Below are positions 38,615 through 48,863 of a stretch of 64,000 bases of DNA, one piece after another. Positions within the stretch are counted from its first letter, which is position 1. Each line of letters opens with the position of its first letter. The translations under genes and the position numbers were made by a program. Under the pieces are notes generated by a model. It did no database searches. It saw only the letters and a list, made by a program, of their open reading frames with translations, and had not been told where the DNA came from. The DNA is from Candidatus Binatia bacterium (GTDB lineage Bacteria > Desulfobacterota > Binatia > UBA9968 > CAXXLF01): assembly GCA_963664015.2 (NCBI GenBank), contig CAXXLF010000001.1, positions 384,001 through 448,000 of the forward strand, in the 5' to 3' direction.

Positions 38615-39277
38615 TCAATGATTCAAAACTCGCGCCGGCACACCCACCACGACGGTCCAAGGGGCCACATCCCTGACCACAACAGCCCCCGCGCCGACGA
38701 TGGCTCCTTCGCCAATCGATACACCATTGAGCACGGTTGCACCGGCCCCCACATGGGATTGACGCCCCAGGGATACCGCTCCCCCTAAACGGGCTCCGGT
38801 TGCAACATGAGCGTGATCACCCACGGAGCAGTCGTGCTCTACGATCGCCCCCGTGTTTACAATAACGTTTACACCCAAAACAGCGCCAACATTGACCACG
38901 GCACCGGGAAAGACGACCGATCCTCCTCCTACCTTGGCCAAGGAGGAGCAAATCGCAGAGGGATGAGAAACTGTCAGTGGAGTTAACCCGTTGCTCGATG
39001 CCAGCTCAAAAATTTGGCGACGCGGCGCATTGTTTCCTACACCACCGACCCCGACCACAAAATATGGGATCCCCTGCTTTGCCAGCATCGGTAAGAGATC
39101 GTCTCCACCCTGGATAGGGACACCCGAGAGGTCTTTACCCCACAGAGTCGTATCACAATCAAGCACAACATATGGTTTTGCAACCCTACTGGCCCTTATA
39201 CAATCTATAAGCACGCGAGCATGCCCACCACCACCCAAAACTACACAAAGAGAGTCATGGCTCGAATCCACGGACAA
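38615..39277 (-). CDS. neuD: NeuD/PglD-like hexapeptide acetyltransferase
   Basis: GGGGHARV, IVNTGAIVEHDC, hexapeptide repeats, VVGVPAR. Confidence 0.9.
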   Translation of the reverse strand: MSVDSSHDSLCVVLGGGGHARVLIDCIRASRVAKPYVVLDCDTTLWGKDLSGVPIQGGDDLLPMLAKQGIPYFVVGVGGVGNNAPRRQIFELASSNGLTPLTVSHPSAICSSLAKVGGGSVVFPGAVVNVGAVLGVNVIVNTGAIVEHDCSVGDHAHVATGARLGGAVSLGRQSHVGAGATVLNGVSIGEGAIVGAGAVVVRDVAPWTVVVGVPARVLNH

Positions 39278-39297
39278 GTCCTTTGAATATTCCCTGT

Positions 39298-40461
39298 TCA
39301 GGTTGAGATTGGAACGTCCAAGAAGGTTTTGACCAATAAGCGATTATCCAAAGTCGTTTCCTTGAGATGTCCTATAATGATCCTTGCCGCATCCCCGCTG
39401 CCGTAGGGGTTTTTCATACCACGCAAACCGCCGCGGAATTCTGGGGAAACCGCACTTCTAATCCCATTGGCGATTTCATCGTGCCCATTCCCCACGTCGA
39501 TCACATTGATCGCCCGAATCCGACCCCGCTGGCGGCCACCGATGTTTACAACCGGGAGTTCAAAGGAGGGAGCTTCGATGATTCCACTCGATGAATTTCC
39601 AACCATCACAGCGGCTACCGACATCAGGCTAAAGTACGCATGGGATCCTAGATTGGCAAAGAATCTAGCATGAGGATTGGAGCTAACAAAATCTACTATC
39701 AGGCGTGTTATAATCCGACCATTAGTATCCGCATTGGCCATAGTAAATACCATAGGCATGTCAAAAGTACTCAAAGCCAATAGGAGTTCTCGCACCTGCC
39801 TTTCAGCCTCCTCGTACTCCAGCGAAACAGGATGGTAGGTCACGAGAAGGGGAGGTTTATTTAAGCCGATGCCAAGCCGCTCCTCAAGCTCGGCATGGGT
39901 CAAGAGTGTGGTATGACGAATATTATCGAGGCCGGGAGAACCGGACACGATGACTCGCCAGGGTTCCTCGCCCATTTGGCCCACACGCCTGCCGTATTCC
40001 CTATTCGCCACGAAATGCAAATGACTCAGCTTTGTAATAGAATGGCGCAATGCATTGTCAATCGCCCCCTCGGTAATTTCTCCTCCGTGAATGTGGGCAA
40101 CCGGGATTTTGAAAGGGAGTGAGGCCAGAACCGCAGCATGCATTTCAAATCGATCTCCTAATACAAGTAAGATATCGGGCCTAAAACGTGCGTAGGATTG
40201 TGCGAATCCTATTGTTCCCAAACCCATAGACTTTACAATAGCTTCGGGTGTGTCGGAAGAAAGCAACATCTCTATACGGTCACCAATCTCAAAGCCATCG
40301 GCCTCAATGGAATGGACCGTCAATCCAAACTCCGGTGACAAATGCGTCCCGGAGACTAAAAGATGAAGATGGAGGTCGGGGTCTTCCCGAATCTTTCTCA
40401 ATATTTGGAGATAGAAACCATAATCGGAGCGGCCAACGGTGACGATGCCGATGCTTCTCAC
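39298..40461 (-). CDS. neuC: Hydrolysing NDP-N,N'-diacetylbacillosamine/GlcNAc 2-epimerase (NeuC/LegG)
   Basis: RSDYG, GTHLSPEFG, LGDRFE, HIHGGE, GNSSSGIIEAPS. Confidence 0.9.
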   Translation of the reverse strand: MRSIGIVTVGRSDYGFYLQILRKIREDPDLHLHLLVSGTHLSPEFGLTVHSIEADGFEIGDRIEMLLSSDTPEAIVKSMGLGTIGFAQSYARFRPDILLVLGDRFEMHAAVLASLPFKIPVAHIHGGEITEGAIDNALRHSITKLSHLHFVANREYGRRVGQMGEEPWRVIVSGSPGLDNIRHTTLLTHAELEERLGIGLNKPPLLVTYHPVSLEYEEAERQVRELLLALSTFDMPMVFTMANADTNGRIITRLIVDFVSSNPHARFFANLGSHAYFSLMSVAAVMVGNSSSGIIEAPSFELPVVNIGGRQRGRIRAINVIDVGNGHDEIANGIRSAVSPEFRGGLRGMKNPYGSGDAARIIIGHLKETTLDNRLLVKTFLDVPIST

Positions 40462-41513
40462 GCCAGCATCTCTAAAGTTAGTAGCGTCCCCGCTGGAATA
40501 TCCTGTATTGCCTTCCGGCCGAGCAGGCGTGAGAGTACCACTGGAGGAAGGCCCGTTCCAGGACGCATGAAAGCTATCAGCTCTTCCGTCAATACGGTTC
40601 CTTCGGCAATATGGTGTGCAGATACGATGCTCTTACGCGAAACCATGGCCGTGTCAATCTCGCAGGGCGCCGGCTCCTTGCGTCCATGCCCAAGCGCAGC
40701 CTCGACCGTACGGATTCCCTGCACCAAAGCCGTCATCCCATTTGGTTCCAGAGAAACCTTGTGGTCCGGGCCCGGCAAATTCCGATCCAACGTAAAATGC
40801 TTCTCAATCACGCAGGCCCCCAGGGCCGTGGCGGCCAAGGCAATCTGATCCCCCAGGGTGTGATCTGAATACCCGACCGGAACACCAAAGGTTTCTGCCA
40901 GAGTCAGCATGGCACGTAGATTCACCTGAGTGGGGTCCGCTGGATAAGCACTCACGCAATGGAGTAGAACCAATTGGGTATTTCCCGCTTTACGTATCGT
41001 AGTAACCGCTGATTCAACCTCCCTCAGTTCCGACATCCCGGTAGAAATGATCATTGGCCTACCTTTCCGCGCCACATGTTCAAGGAAAGAAATGTTGGTA
41101 ATTTCTCCCGACGGGATTTTAAAGGCCTGAACGCCAAGCTCTTCCAGGAAATTCGCACTTTCCTCATCGAATGGAGTGGATAGAAACAGTATGTCCCGTT
41201 CCCGGCAACGCTCCCGCAACACCCGGTGCGCCTCCGGAGAGAGCTCTAGCCGTTTCAGTAGTTGCAATTGAGATTCATCAAAACCGGCCGCTGGCTTTTG
41301 GTATTCCGCCAATGGCGCGGCTGCTGTGACGATTCTTTCCGCCCGAAAGGTTTGGAACTTGATGGCATCCACTCCCGCCGTCTTGGCAGCATCAACCATT
41401 CTAGAAGCCAACTCCCAACTACCATTATGATTGACGCCCGCCTCTGCAATGATGAAGCAAGGTTGACCAGGGCCCACTTTTCGACCTGCTATATCAATAG
41501 AAGGAGGAACCAC
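40458..41513 (-). CDS. neuB: Nonulosonic acid synthase (NeuB/LegI) with SAF domain
   Basis: IIAEAGVNHNG, KFQT, STPFD, KIPSGE, HCVSAYP, GYSDHT, EKHFTLD, C-terminal RPGTG. GTG start inferred. Confidence 0.92.
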   Translation of the reverse strand: MVPPSIDIAGRKVGPGQPCFIIAEAGVNHNGSWELASRMVDAAKTAGVDAIKFQTFRAERIVTAAAPLAEYQKPAAGFDESQLQLLKRLELSPEAHRVLRERCRERDILFLSTPFDEESANFLEELGVQAFKIPSGEITNISFLEHVARKGRPMIISTGMSELREVESAVTTIRKAGNTQLVLLHCVSAYPADPTQVNLRAMLTLAETFGVPVGYSDHTLGDQIALAATALGACVIEKHFTLDRNLPGPDHKVSLEPNGMTALVQGIRTVEAALGHGRKEPAPCEIDTAMVSRKSIVSAHHIAEGTVLTEELIAFMRPGTGLPPVVLSRLLGRKAIQDIPAGTLLTLEMLA

Positions 41514-42198
41514 GTTGATCCTTGAGAATAAGCTCGGCCAAATAGAACTCCCATGGGGTATCAATATCCAGCGATTTTTCCGGAGGCATGAGATACCCAA
41601 ATGTCCGCTCTGGGAAAAAGGTCTTTTCCTTTAAAACGACCGATGATCTGACTAGATAGATAGCACCATTCAGTTGATACACAGGCCTTGCGTCCTGTCG
41701 CCGGGAGGGTCCAGCTCCAGTTTGCCAAGGTAACAACTCTCTATTGGGACCTAAATTTTTAAACCATTGAAATGGGTGGGAAGTTTCACAAACACTTACA
41801 ACAGCATCTGCCCTCTTATCTCTCTGCAGAGCAATAGCCGCTTCTATATCTTCAGCCGACCGTAAAGGAGAGCTCGGCTGAAGCAACAGCACGAATTCCA
41901 CCTGAGAACGCTCGTTTTGCTGCAGCCAGCTTAACGCATGTAACGCTACATCTTCCGAACTAGCAGTATCGGAAGCTAACTCGAGGGGGCGAAGAAAGGG
42001 TACTTGCGCGCCGTTTTTCCGGGCAACCTGGGCAATTTCCTCATCATCGGTCGAGGTCAAAACAAGATCCACACTCCGAGCTGCCAACGCAGCTTCGATG
42101 GTCCAAGCAATCAACGGCTTACCCGCTAAAAGTTTTATATTTTTACGAGGGATGCCCTTGGACCCTCCTCGTGCGGGAAGCACAGCGACTATGCTCAT
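41494..42198 (-). CDS. neuA: CMP-nonulosonate synthetase (NeuA/LegF)
   Basis: PARGGSKGIPRKN, STDD, LQPSSPLR, NGAIY, DIDT. Confidence 0.92.
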   Translation of the reverse strand: MSIVAVLPARGGSKGIPRKNIKLLAGKPLIAWTIEAALAARSVDLVLTSTDDEEIAQVARKNGAQVPFLRPLELASDTASSEDVALHALSWLQQNERSQVEFVLLLQPSSPLRSAEDIEAAIALQRDKRADAVVSVCETSHPFQWFKNLGPNRELLPWQTGAGPSRRQDARPVYQLNGAIYLVRSSVVLKEKTFFPERTFGYLMPPEKSLDIDTPWEFYLAELILKDQRGSSFY

Positions 42199-42262
42199 TC
42201 CAATCTACAAAGCATCCTACGACAGGATCGTGTTGCGAAAACTCGATTTTGCAAGATGGCCT

Positions 42263-43027
42263 TTACTGCTCTGAGTTTTCCGTAGAAGCGTTCCTGAGAG
42301 CGCCGAGAACGATCCTGGAAAATAGCCAATCCGGCAAGACACGGGTCAATTCAAAGCAGAGCCTCAGGTGTCTAGGAACCGTAACACAGGCTACCCGATG
42401 TTCGATAGCAGCTAAGATCTTTCCTACTGCTCTTGCTTCCGACATAGTAAAGATACCGCGCGACCCGAGCCCCATACCCGTGTTAACCGCCCCTAAATGA
42501 ATAACCGTGAACGCCATGCCGTTCCGTTCATGCCTTCCTCGAAGGGATTCGAAAGATCGATCGAGAGCGGCCTTTGAAGCGCTATAGGCAACCCAGCGCG
42601 CATCTCCTCGATACGCAGCCAAGGAAGAAATGGCCACAAACTGCCCTACCTTACGACGTTGGAAGATCGGCAGGAAAGATTCCACCCATACGAGCGCCCC
42701 AAACAGATTAACCTCTAAGATGTGCTTAAACTCTGCCAGTATAAATGGTTGCCCGTAACGTTCGGGATTAATCGCAGCATTAAGGATAATGATGTCAGGT
42801 ATATAATCGCACCGAGCCATCGCGTGAACTGTCTGATGGACATCATCCGCCTTCACTACATCACAGACGGAAAAGAAAAATTGCTCACAACCGAGCTCAT
42901 GCTGCAGCTCGAATAGTTCCTCTTGCCTGCGAGACACACCCCAAACCTGATGGCCGCGACCGCATAGTTCTCGTGCGAGTGCCCGCCCCAACCCCCCAGA
43001 TGCACCTGTAACCAGGTATTTGGCCAT
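42263..43027 (-). CDS. Short-chain dehydrogenase/reductase
   Basis: TGASGGLG, LNAA, ISS, YSASK. Start taken at MAKYLV. Confidence 0.85.
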   Translation of the reverse strand: MAKYLVTGASGGLGRALARELCGRGHQVWGVSRRQEELFELQHELGCEQFFFSVCDVVKADDVHQTVHAMARCDYIPDIIILNAAINPERYGQPFILAEFKHILEVNLFGALVWVESFLPIFQRRKVGQFVAISSLAAYRGDARWVAYSASKAALDRSFESLRGRHERNGMAFTVIHLGAVNTGMGLGSRGIFTMSEARAVGKILAAIEHRVACVTVPRHLRLCFELTRVLPDWLFSRIVLGALRNASTENSEQ

Positions 43028-43280
43028 GTGAAAAATGATTCCGAAAAGTTTTAAACGATAGCCACAGATAAAAGCCCGCTGGTGTCGTACCATTTAACAC
43101 AGAATAGACATCGAGTGGGACCCATTTCCCAATTCCCTATCATTCCATCACAGCACGCCACGATACAACCTTTGATCTACCAAGAGCCGAGCAACGCAGG
43201 CTTTGGAAATGTCGGAGCCTCAACATTCATTAAACTGACTCACCGGATCCACCAGTAGGACTCGGCATCCATGCGACCAA

Positions 43281-44285
43281 TTAAGCTGCGCTTGCCTTCA
43301 GTTGATCTTTAGGTGTTTCCCTGACCTTTTTCAGGTCGCTGTCTACCATTTCCCTCACTAGTTGTTCGAACGACATGTCATAGGACCAACCAAGAATTTC
43401 TTTAGCCTTTGACGCATCACCGATTAGCCGATCCACCTCCGACGGCCGGTAAAGCGTTGCGTCTGTTTCCACGTAGTTACAATAATCGAGGCCCACGTGA
43501 CCGAACGCAATCTCACAAAGTTCCCTAACACTGTGGGTCTCCCCCGTAGCCACGACGAAGTCTTCTGGCCGATCAAACTGCAACATCCTCCACATCGCTT
43601 CTACATATCGCGGGGCGTGCCCCCAATCTCTCCTTGCTTCCAAGTTCCCAAGGACAAGTTTTTGTGCCTTACCTGCCACGATTAGCGCAACATGGTATGA
43701 AATCTTCCTTGTAACAAACTCAAACCCCCGCCGGGGGCTTTCGTGATTAAAACAAATTCCCGTTACGGTAAAGAGGTTATATGCCTCGCGGTAGTTACGT
43801 GTAAGCTCGAACCCTGTGCACTTCGATATTCCATAAGCTGATCGCGGGTGAAACGGAGTGGTTTCCCTCTGTGGTGTCTCTGCGACTTTGCCGAATATTT
43901 CGCTGGATCCTGCGAAATAGAACTTTGCCTCCGGACAGGCCTCTCGAAAACTGCTCAAGATATAGTGCGTACCATTGATATTGGTATTCATGGTAGAGAA
44001 TTCGTCCTCAAAGGAATAACTCACGAAACTCTGAGCCGCAAGATGATATATTTCATCCGGTTTTATCCGGTTTAATACTCTAAAGATGCTTGGATAGCTT
44101 TCCATCGATGCTGCATGTAGATTTAGCTTGTCTTTGATATGATTTATTCTCCACATCCGGTGTAAAGGATCTTCTAAGGCAACGCGGCGTACGATACCGT
44201 GTACCTCATACCCTTTCTCCAAAAGCAATTCAGCCAGGTAGGAGCCGTCCTGTCCGGTTATTCCCGTAATTAATGCCTTCTTCAT
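43281..44285 (-). CDS. gmd: GDP-mannose 4,6-dehydratase
   Basis: KALITGITGQDGSYLAE, HLAAQSFV, FNHESPRRG, FVTRKI, RDWGHA. Confidence 0.95.
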   Translation of the reverse strand: MKKALITGITGQDGSYLAELLLEKGYEVHGIVRRVALEDPLHRMWRINHIKDKLNLHAASMESYPSIFRVLNRIKPDEIYHLAAQSFVSYSFEDEFSTMNTNINGTHYILSSFREACPEAKFYFAGSSEIFGKVAETPQRETTPFHPRSAYGISKCTGFELTRNYREAYNLFTVTGICFNHESPRRGFEFVTRKISYHVALIVAGKAQKLVLGNLEARRDWGHAPRYVEAMWRMLQFDRPEDFVVATGETHSVRELCEIAFGHVGLDYCNYVETDATLYRPSEVDRLIGDASKAKEILGWSYDMSFEQLVREMVDSDLKKVRETPKDQLKASAA

Positions 44286-44417
44286 TTAAAAGGTCCTTCG
44301 ATTATGAAGATCGGTTAGACTTAATAAGGCAAGTGTCCTTATTTTACAAGCGGGCATTCGAATTGCGCCATTGCCTGTTAAAATAATCATTCAACTTTGC
44401 TTCCCTTTTACCGATTG

Positions 44418-46634
44418 TTAAAGCCGGCCAAAAAACCCATGGAATCGCTCAATCATGAAATCAATCATTTCCTCCGTCAGGCCGGGATAGACACCGACAA
44501 AGAAGGTGTCCCGCATGATGACATCGGATTGCCTCAAGTCGCCGGGAACCCGACACTCAATCCGTGAAAATCCCGGCTGGCGCAATATATTACCACCAAA
44601 GATAGCCCGGGTCTCGATCTTCGCCCCTTCCAACCATTGCACCAACTCCCTCTTGGAGAGAGGCTCTTTCACGGTTATGGGGAATCCAAACCAGGCCGGC
44701 TCGGACCGGGTATCCCACATGGGAAGGACGATGAAGTCTTGATATCGCTCTAGGGCCTTATACAGTCTTGTGAAATTTTCCTTCCGCCTGGCCACAAACT
44801 CAGGAAGACGATCGGCCTGACGAACGCCTATAGCCGCCTGGAGGTCCGTTGGTTTCAGATTGTAGCCGATCTGGGAATAAATGTATTTGTGATCGTATCC
44901 TTCGGGCAACTCGCCCGACTGCCAGCCAAAACGCATGGAACAGGAATTAGACTCTCCGGGGGCACACCAGCAGTCTCTTCCCCAATCGCGGAGCGAACGG
45001 ATAATCTTGGAAAGCCTGGGGTTATTTACGACAACCCCTCCCCCCTCACCCATGGTAATATGATGGGCCGGAAAGAAGCTCAGAGTTGCCACATCGCCGA
45101 AGGTTCCAACCAGTTTTCCACGAAACACCGAACCTAAAGCATCGCAAGTATCTTCCACAAGGAACAAATGGTGCCGGCGGGCGATCTCACCAATGAGGTC
45201 CAGGTCGCAAGGGTTTCCTAGAGTATGCGGGATAACCATCGCCCGAGTACGGGGCGATATAGCTGATTCGATGAGATTAGGATCGATATTATAGGTCCCG
45301 ATCTCGGCATCTACGAAAACCGGGATCAGTCCATTCTGCACGATCGGCGATAGAGTGCTGGGAAAGGTTACTGCCGGAGTAATTACCTCGTCCCCTTTTT
45401 CCAAATGACCGTCCAGGTCGGGGGACATCAGCGACCCGATAGCAATCAAGTTTGCCGAGGATCCGGAGTTCACGAGAATGAAGTCTCGCGAGCCGAAAAG
45501 GGATCTCATCTTTTTCTCAAACAGGTCACCGTAGGGGCCAAGGGTAAGCCAAAAATCCAGAGCGCTATCGACGAGACTTATCATTTCTCGCTCGTCAAAC
45601 ACCCTGCCCGAATAGGAAACCGGTGTCGAAAACGGGATAAACTTTTTCTCCCGGTGAACCAATTCATAATATCTTTTTACCCTGTCAAAAATCTCGCTAG
45701 AGATACGGGCCGGCTCTCCCTTCCTCTCCGTTTTTGTATAGGTAATCTGCACATCAGCCCGCCACTGTCTCCGAAGACGCTTCAGCGCTTCTGAAAGGGG
45801 CATGGGCTCCGTACCTAATAGTGAAGTTAACTTGTCAGTTTTAAGACCACCCTGAAGAGGCCGCCTGGCCCTCTGCCCCAATCCTGCCGTCGGAACTCCG
45901 ACAATCAATTCCGGATTCAAACCAAATACTTGAGCCAGGCTTCTTCCTAAATCTACACGAGTAAGGCGATCTTGCCCGACGACATTGACTACCCCCTTTG
46001 TTCCCTGCTGAACTAAACGGAGGCTAGCCTCTGCCAGGTAGTCCACTAATGTAGGATTACCGATCTGGTCGTCAGGCACACTGATTCTTTTCCCCGCCTG
46101 CAGTGCATCATAAACCTGCATTGCAAAGTTTTTAGAGCGTCGTTCCCAACCGTAAACCACAGTCGTGCGCAAAATAAGAAAATCTTCCAAAATATCACAA
46201 ATGATATTTTCAGCTTCAAGCTTGGTCTTGCCATATACGTTCGTAGGGGTCCCCACTGACTGCTCATCGTAAGGGCCGTCCTTCCCGTCGAAAATGTAGT
46301 CCGTTGAATAGAAGACAAGCTTGGACCCACAGCGAGCTGCTTCGCGAGCAATGTTCGTTGCCCCTTCGACGTTGATCCGAGTGGCCTCCTCCGGGTGCTC
46401 CTCACAATAATCCACGCTGGTCAAAGCCGCCGTCAAAAACACCACATGCGGAGAGACTTCACGGAACCAATCATGAACCCGAGAGGTGTCTGTGATGTCC
46501 ATCTGGGTCGAACCGTCGACGGGATGAGTCCGTGAGATTCCCATAACTTGATATTGGTTATTTTCGAGAACACGCATCAGAGCCCGGCCGACCAATCCCG
46601 AAGCCCCGATCACGGCGGCCGTTGGGCTATCCAT
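44418..46634 (-). CDS. rfbH: Fusion: RmlD-like NDP-4-keto-sugar reductase + CDP-4-keto-6-deoxyglucose 3-dehydrase (RfbH/DdhC)
   Basis: N-terminal ~290 aa: GASGLVG, STDYIFDG, YGKTK. C-terminal part: NSGSSANL, SFFPAHHITMGEGG (His in place of the PLP Lys, as in E1), GRDCWC...C Fe-S motif, YDHKY. Confidence 0.9.
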   Translation of the reverse strand: MDSPTAAVIGASGLVGRALMRVLENNQYQVMGISRTHPVDGSTQMDITDTSRVHDWFREVSPHVVFLTAALTSVDYCEEHPEEATRINVEGATNIAREAARCGSKLVFYSTDYIFDGKDGPYDEQSVGTPTNVYGKTKLEAENIICDILEDFLILRTTVVYGWERRSKNFAMQVYDALQAGKRISVPDDQIGNPTLVDYLAEASLRLVQQGTKGVVNVVGQDRLTRVDLGRSLAQVFGLNPELIVGVPTAGLGQRARRPLQGGLKTDKLTSLLGTEPMPLSEALKRLRRQWRADVQITYTKTERKGEPARISSEIFDRVKRYYELVHREKKFIPFSTPVSYSGRVFDEREMISLVDSALDFWLTLGPYGDLFEKKMRSLFGSRDFILVNSGSSANLIAIGSLMSPDLDGHLEKGDEVITPAVTFPSTLSPIVQNGLIPVFVDAEIGTYNIDPNLIESAISPRTRAMVIPHTLGNPCDLDLIGEIARRHHLFLVEDTCDALGSVFRGKLVGTFGDVATLSFFPAHHITMGEGGGVVVNNPRLSKIIRSLRDWGRDCWCAPGESNSCSMRFGWQSGELPEGYDHKYIYSQIGYNLKPTDLQAAIGVRQADRLPEFVARRKENFTRLYKALERYQDFIVLPMWDTRSEPAWFGFPITVKEPLSKRELVQWLEGAKIETRAIFGGNILRQPGFSRIECRVPGDLRQSDVIMRDTFFVGVYPGLTEEMIDFMIERFHGFFGRL

Positions 46635-47097
46635 GCCTCAAGCTCCAATCGTAAGGGATATCTTTAGTAAAGGGATCCAAACGATTAATTTCTGCCGGAT
46701 CGTGCGGCTCTGTGGCGCAGTTCGCCACGATAGCACGTCTGGTCCCCACCCCTTTGAACCCATTCCAAATATTAGGGGGAATGGTAATCAAAGAACATGC
46801 GTCTTCGCCTACGAAAATTTCTTGGATTTCTCCCTTTGAGGAAGATTCCTGGCGATCATCATACAGAACCAGTTTGATGTTTCCGCTAACAACCGCATAG
46901 TTCAGCGTCATCTTTTTGTGCAAATGCCAACCCTTTATTACACCAGGATAAATCACCGAGAAGTAAATCTCCCCGAACCTTTCAAACCAAGAATCATCCC
47001 GCCTGAGCATGTGCATTACCTTACCACGCTCATCCATGATCTGTTTTAATGGATGAATGGAGATATCTTCAATCACTGCGCCTGTTCCTTTCGGCAA
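46627..47097 (-). CDS. dTDP-4-dehydrorhamnose 3,5-epimerase-like cupin
   Basis: DERG, KGWHLH, YDDR, IPPNIWNGF, IPYDW. Confidence 0.85.
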   Translation of the reverse strand: MPKGTGAVIEDISIHPLKQIMDERGKVMHMLRRDDSWFERFGEIYFSVIYPGVIKGWHLHKKMTLNYAVVSGNIKLVLYDDRQESSSKGEIQEIFVGEDACSLITIPPNIWNGFKGVGTRRAIVANCATEPHDPAEINRLDPFTKDIPYDWSLRHG

Positions 47098-48064
47098 AAA
47101 ACCTACTATACCAGGTGATGGTTTCGTCCAGCCCTTCGTCTAGATTATATCTCGGTATCCAACCTAAGAGGCGACGTGACTTCTGGCTGGAAAGATACTG
47201 CCTCCTGATTTCACCAGAGGTGGTTCCCAATATCTCCGGTTTTAAATCCTCCCTTCCCATTCGTTTAAGAATCTTGTCAACCAAAGCCAACACGGTTATT
47301 GGCTCCTCATTGCTAAAGTTCAACGCTAGACCGGCAACTTCACTGGAAAGATCTATATGCTCAGCCAAGCTCAGATAGGCATCTACGGCATCGGCAACAT
47401 AAAAATAATCCCTCACATACTGCCCGTCGCTCCGGATGACCGGTTGGGTTCCCTGGAGCACCGCTTCAATGGTACCGGGAATTATGCGATTAAAGTTGAG
47501 GTCCCCGCCACCATAAAGATTACCGCAACGGGTTATACACACAGGGAGATTGAAGTTTTTATGATAGGCCCGCGCCAACAAATCACCGCTCGCCTTTGTG
47601 ACATCGTAAAAGTTTGTTGGGCAAAGGGCCATTTCCTCTCGATAGGGAAGCTCCTCGTGCTCGCCATACGCCTTGTCACTGGAAGCAACGATGATTCTTT
47701 TAACCCAGGGAGAATTTCGGGTCGCCTCTAAAAGCGACCAGGTACCTCGGATATTGGACTCAAACGTGGAAATCGGTGAGCGGTTAGCTGTAGGTACGAT
47801 TGCCTGGGCGGCAATATGAAAAACGGCGTCGATCTCGTATTCGTTCAGCGTCCTTTCCAAGAGCGGCACATCCGTAACCTCCCCCCGAACCACAATTACC
47901 CGGGAGTCCAACCCCAGTAAATAAAAGTTGGACATTGGAACGCGATCTCGAACCAAGCCCACCACAAGAGCGCCTTTTTGGACAAGGCTTTCCGTCAACC
48001 AGGGGCCCAATAGGCCGGTACAGCCGGTCACGAATACCCTTTTTCCCTGCCAGAAACTACCCAT
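47069..48064 (-). CDS. rfbG: CDP-glucose 4,6-dehydratase-like
   Basis: FWQGKRVFVTG, HIAAQ, ASSDKAYG, YDVTK, RCGNLYGGGD. Start taken at MGSFWQ. Confidence 0.85.
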   Translation of the reverse strand: MGSFWQGKRVFVTGCTGLLGPWLTESLVQKGALVVGLVRDRVPMSNFYLLGLDSRVIVVRGEVTDVPLLERTLNEYEIDAVFHIAAQAIVPTANRSPISTFESNIRGTWSLLEATRNSPWVKRIIVASSDKAYGEHEELPYREEMALCPTNFYDVTKASGDLLARAYHKNFNLPVCITRCGNLYGGGDLNFNRIIPGTIEAVLQGTQPVIRSDGQYVRDYFYVADAVDAYLSLAEHIDLSSEVAGLALNFSNEEPITVLALVDKILKRMGREDLKPEILGTTSGEIRRQYLSSQKSRRLLGWIPRYNLDEGLDETITWYSRFFAERNRRSD

Positions 48065-48863
48065 GGGATACGTTTTTAAACGCCATTTCCTGATCCGGGA
48101 ACATCCAACCAGGGTGACCGGTGGCCCACTCATGATTTAGGGCTTCAAAATCCCGGTAGGTATCCATACATTTCCAGTAACCTTCATGTTTATAAACAGC
48201 CAATTGTTTGTCTTGAGCCAATCTCTTCAAAGGTTCCTTTTCCAAAATACAATTATCATCGAGGTAGTCAAAAACTCCCTTCTCAAAGACAAAAAACCCG
48301 CCATTAATCCAACCATTCTGAATCTGCGGCTTTTCCCGGAATGACTTTGCCAGATCGCCATCCACCGATAGTTCTCCGAAACGCGCTACCGGTCGCACAG
48401 CCGTGACGGTTGCGATTTTTCCTTGCTCACGATGGAAATTAAGAAGGCTGTTAATGTCGATGTTTGCCAGTCCATCCCCATAGGTTGCCAAAAAGGTATT
48501 TCCAGTTATATATTTCTCAACTTCCTTGATCCTTCCACCGGTCATGTTGTTAAGACCCGTTTCCGCCAAGGTAACCTGCCAATCGCTTTCATCGTGAACG
48601 ACCCCATGCCGAATGACCTCTTTTGTACCAAGCCGAATCGTGAAATCGCTGTTAAGCAGATCGTATCCCAAGAAATAATCCTTGATAACATCTCCTTTAT
48701 ACCCCAGACAGAGAACAAACTCCCTAAGCCCAAAACGAGAGTAAATTTTCATGACGTGCCATAAGATCGGTTTGTCCCCCACGACAATCATGGGTTTTGG
48801 TTTGAATTCGGTCTCCTCTCTCAACCTAGTACCAAGCCCACCGGCTAGAATGACAACTTTCAT
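48057..48863 (-). CDS. rfbF: Glucose-1-phosphate cytidylyltransferase
   Basis: VILAGGLGTRLREET..KPKPM, LGYKG, TGGRIK, TYGDG, INGGFF, GYWKCMDT. Confidence 0.93.
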   Translation of the reverse strand: MKVVILAGGLGTRLREETEFKPKPMIVVGDKPILWHVMKIYSRFGLREFVLCLGYKGDVIKDYFLGYDLLNSDFTIRLGTKEVIRHGVVHDESDWQVTLAETGLNNMTGGRIKEVEKYITGNTFLATYGDGLANIDINSLLNFHREQGKIATVTAVRPVARFGELSVDGDLAKSFREKPQIQNGWINGGFFVFEKGVFDYLDDNCILEKEPLKRLAQDKQLAVYKHEGYWKCMDTYRDFEALNHEWATGHPGWMFPDQEMAFKNVSHG

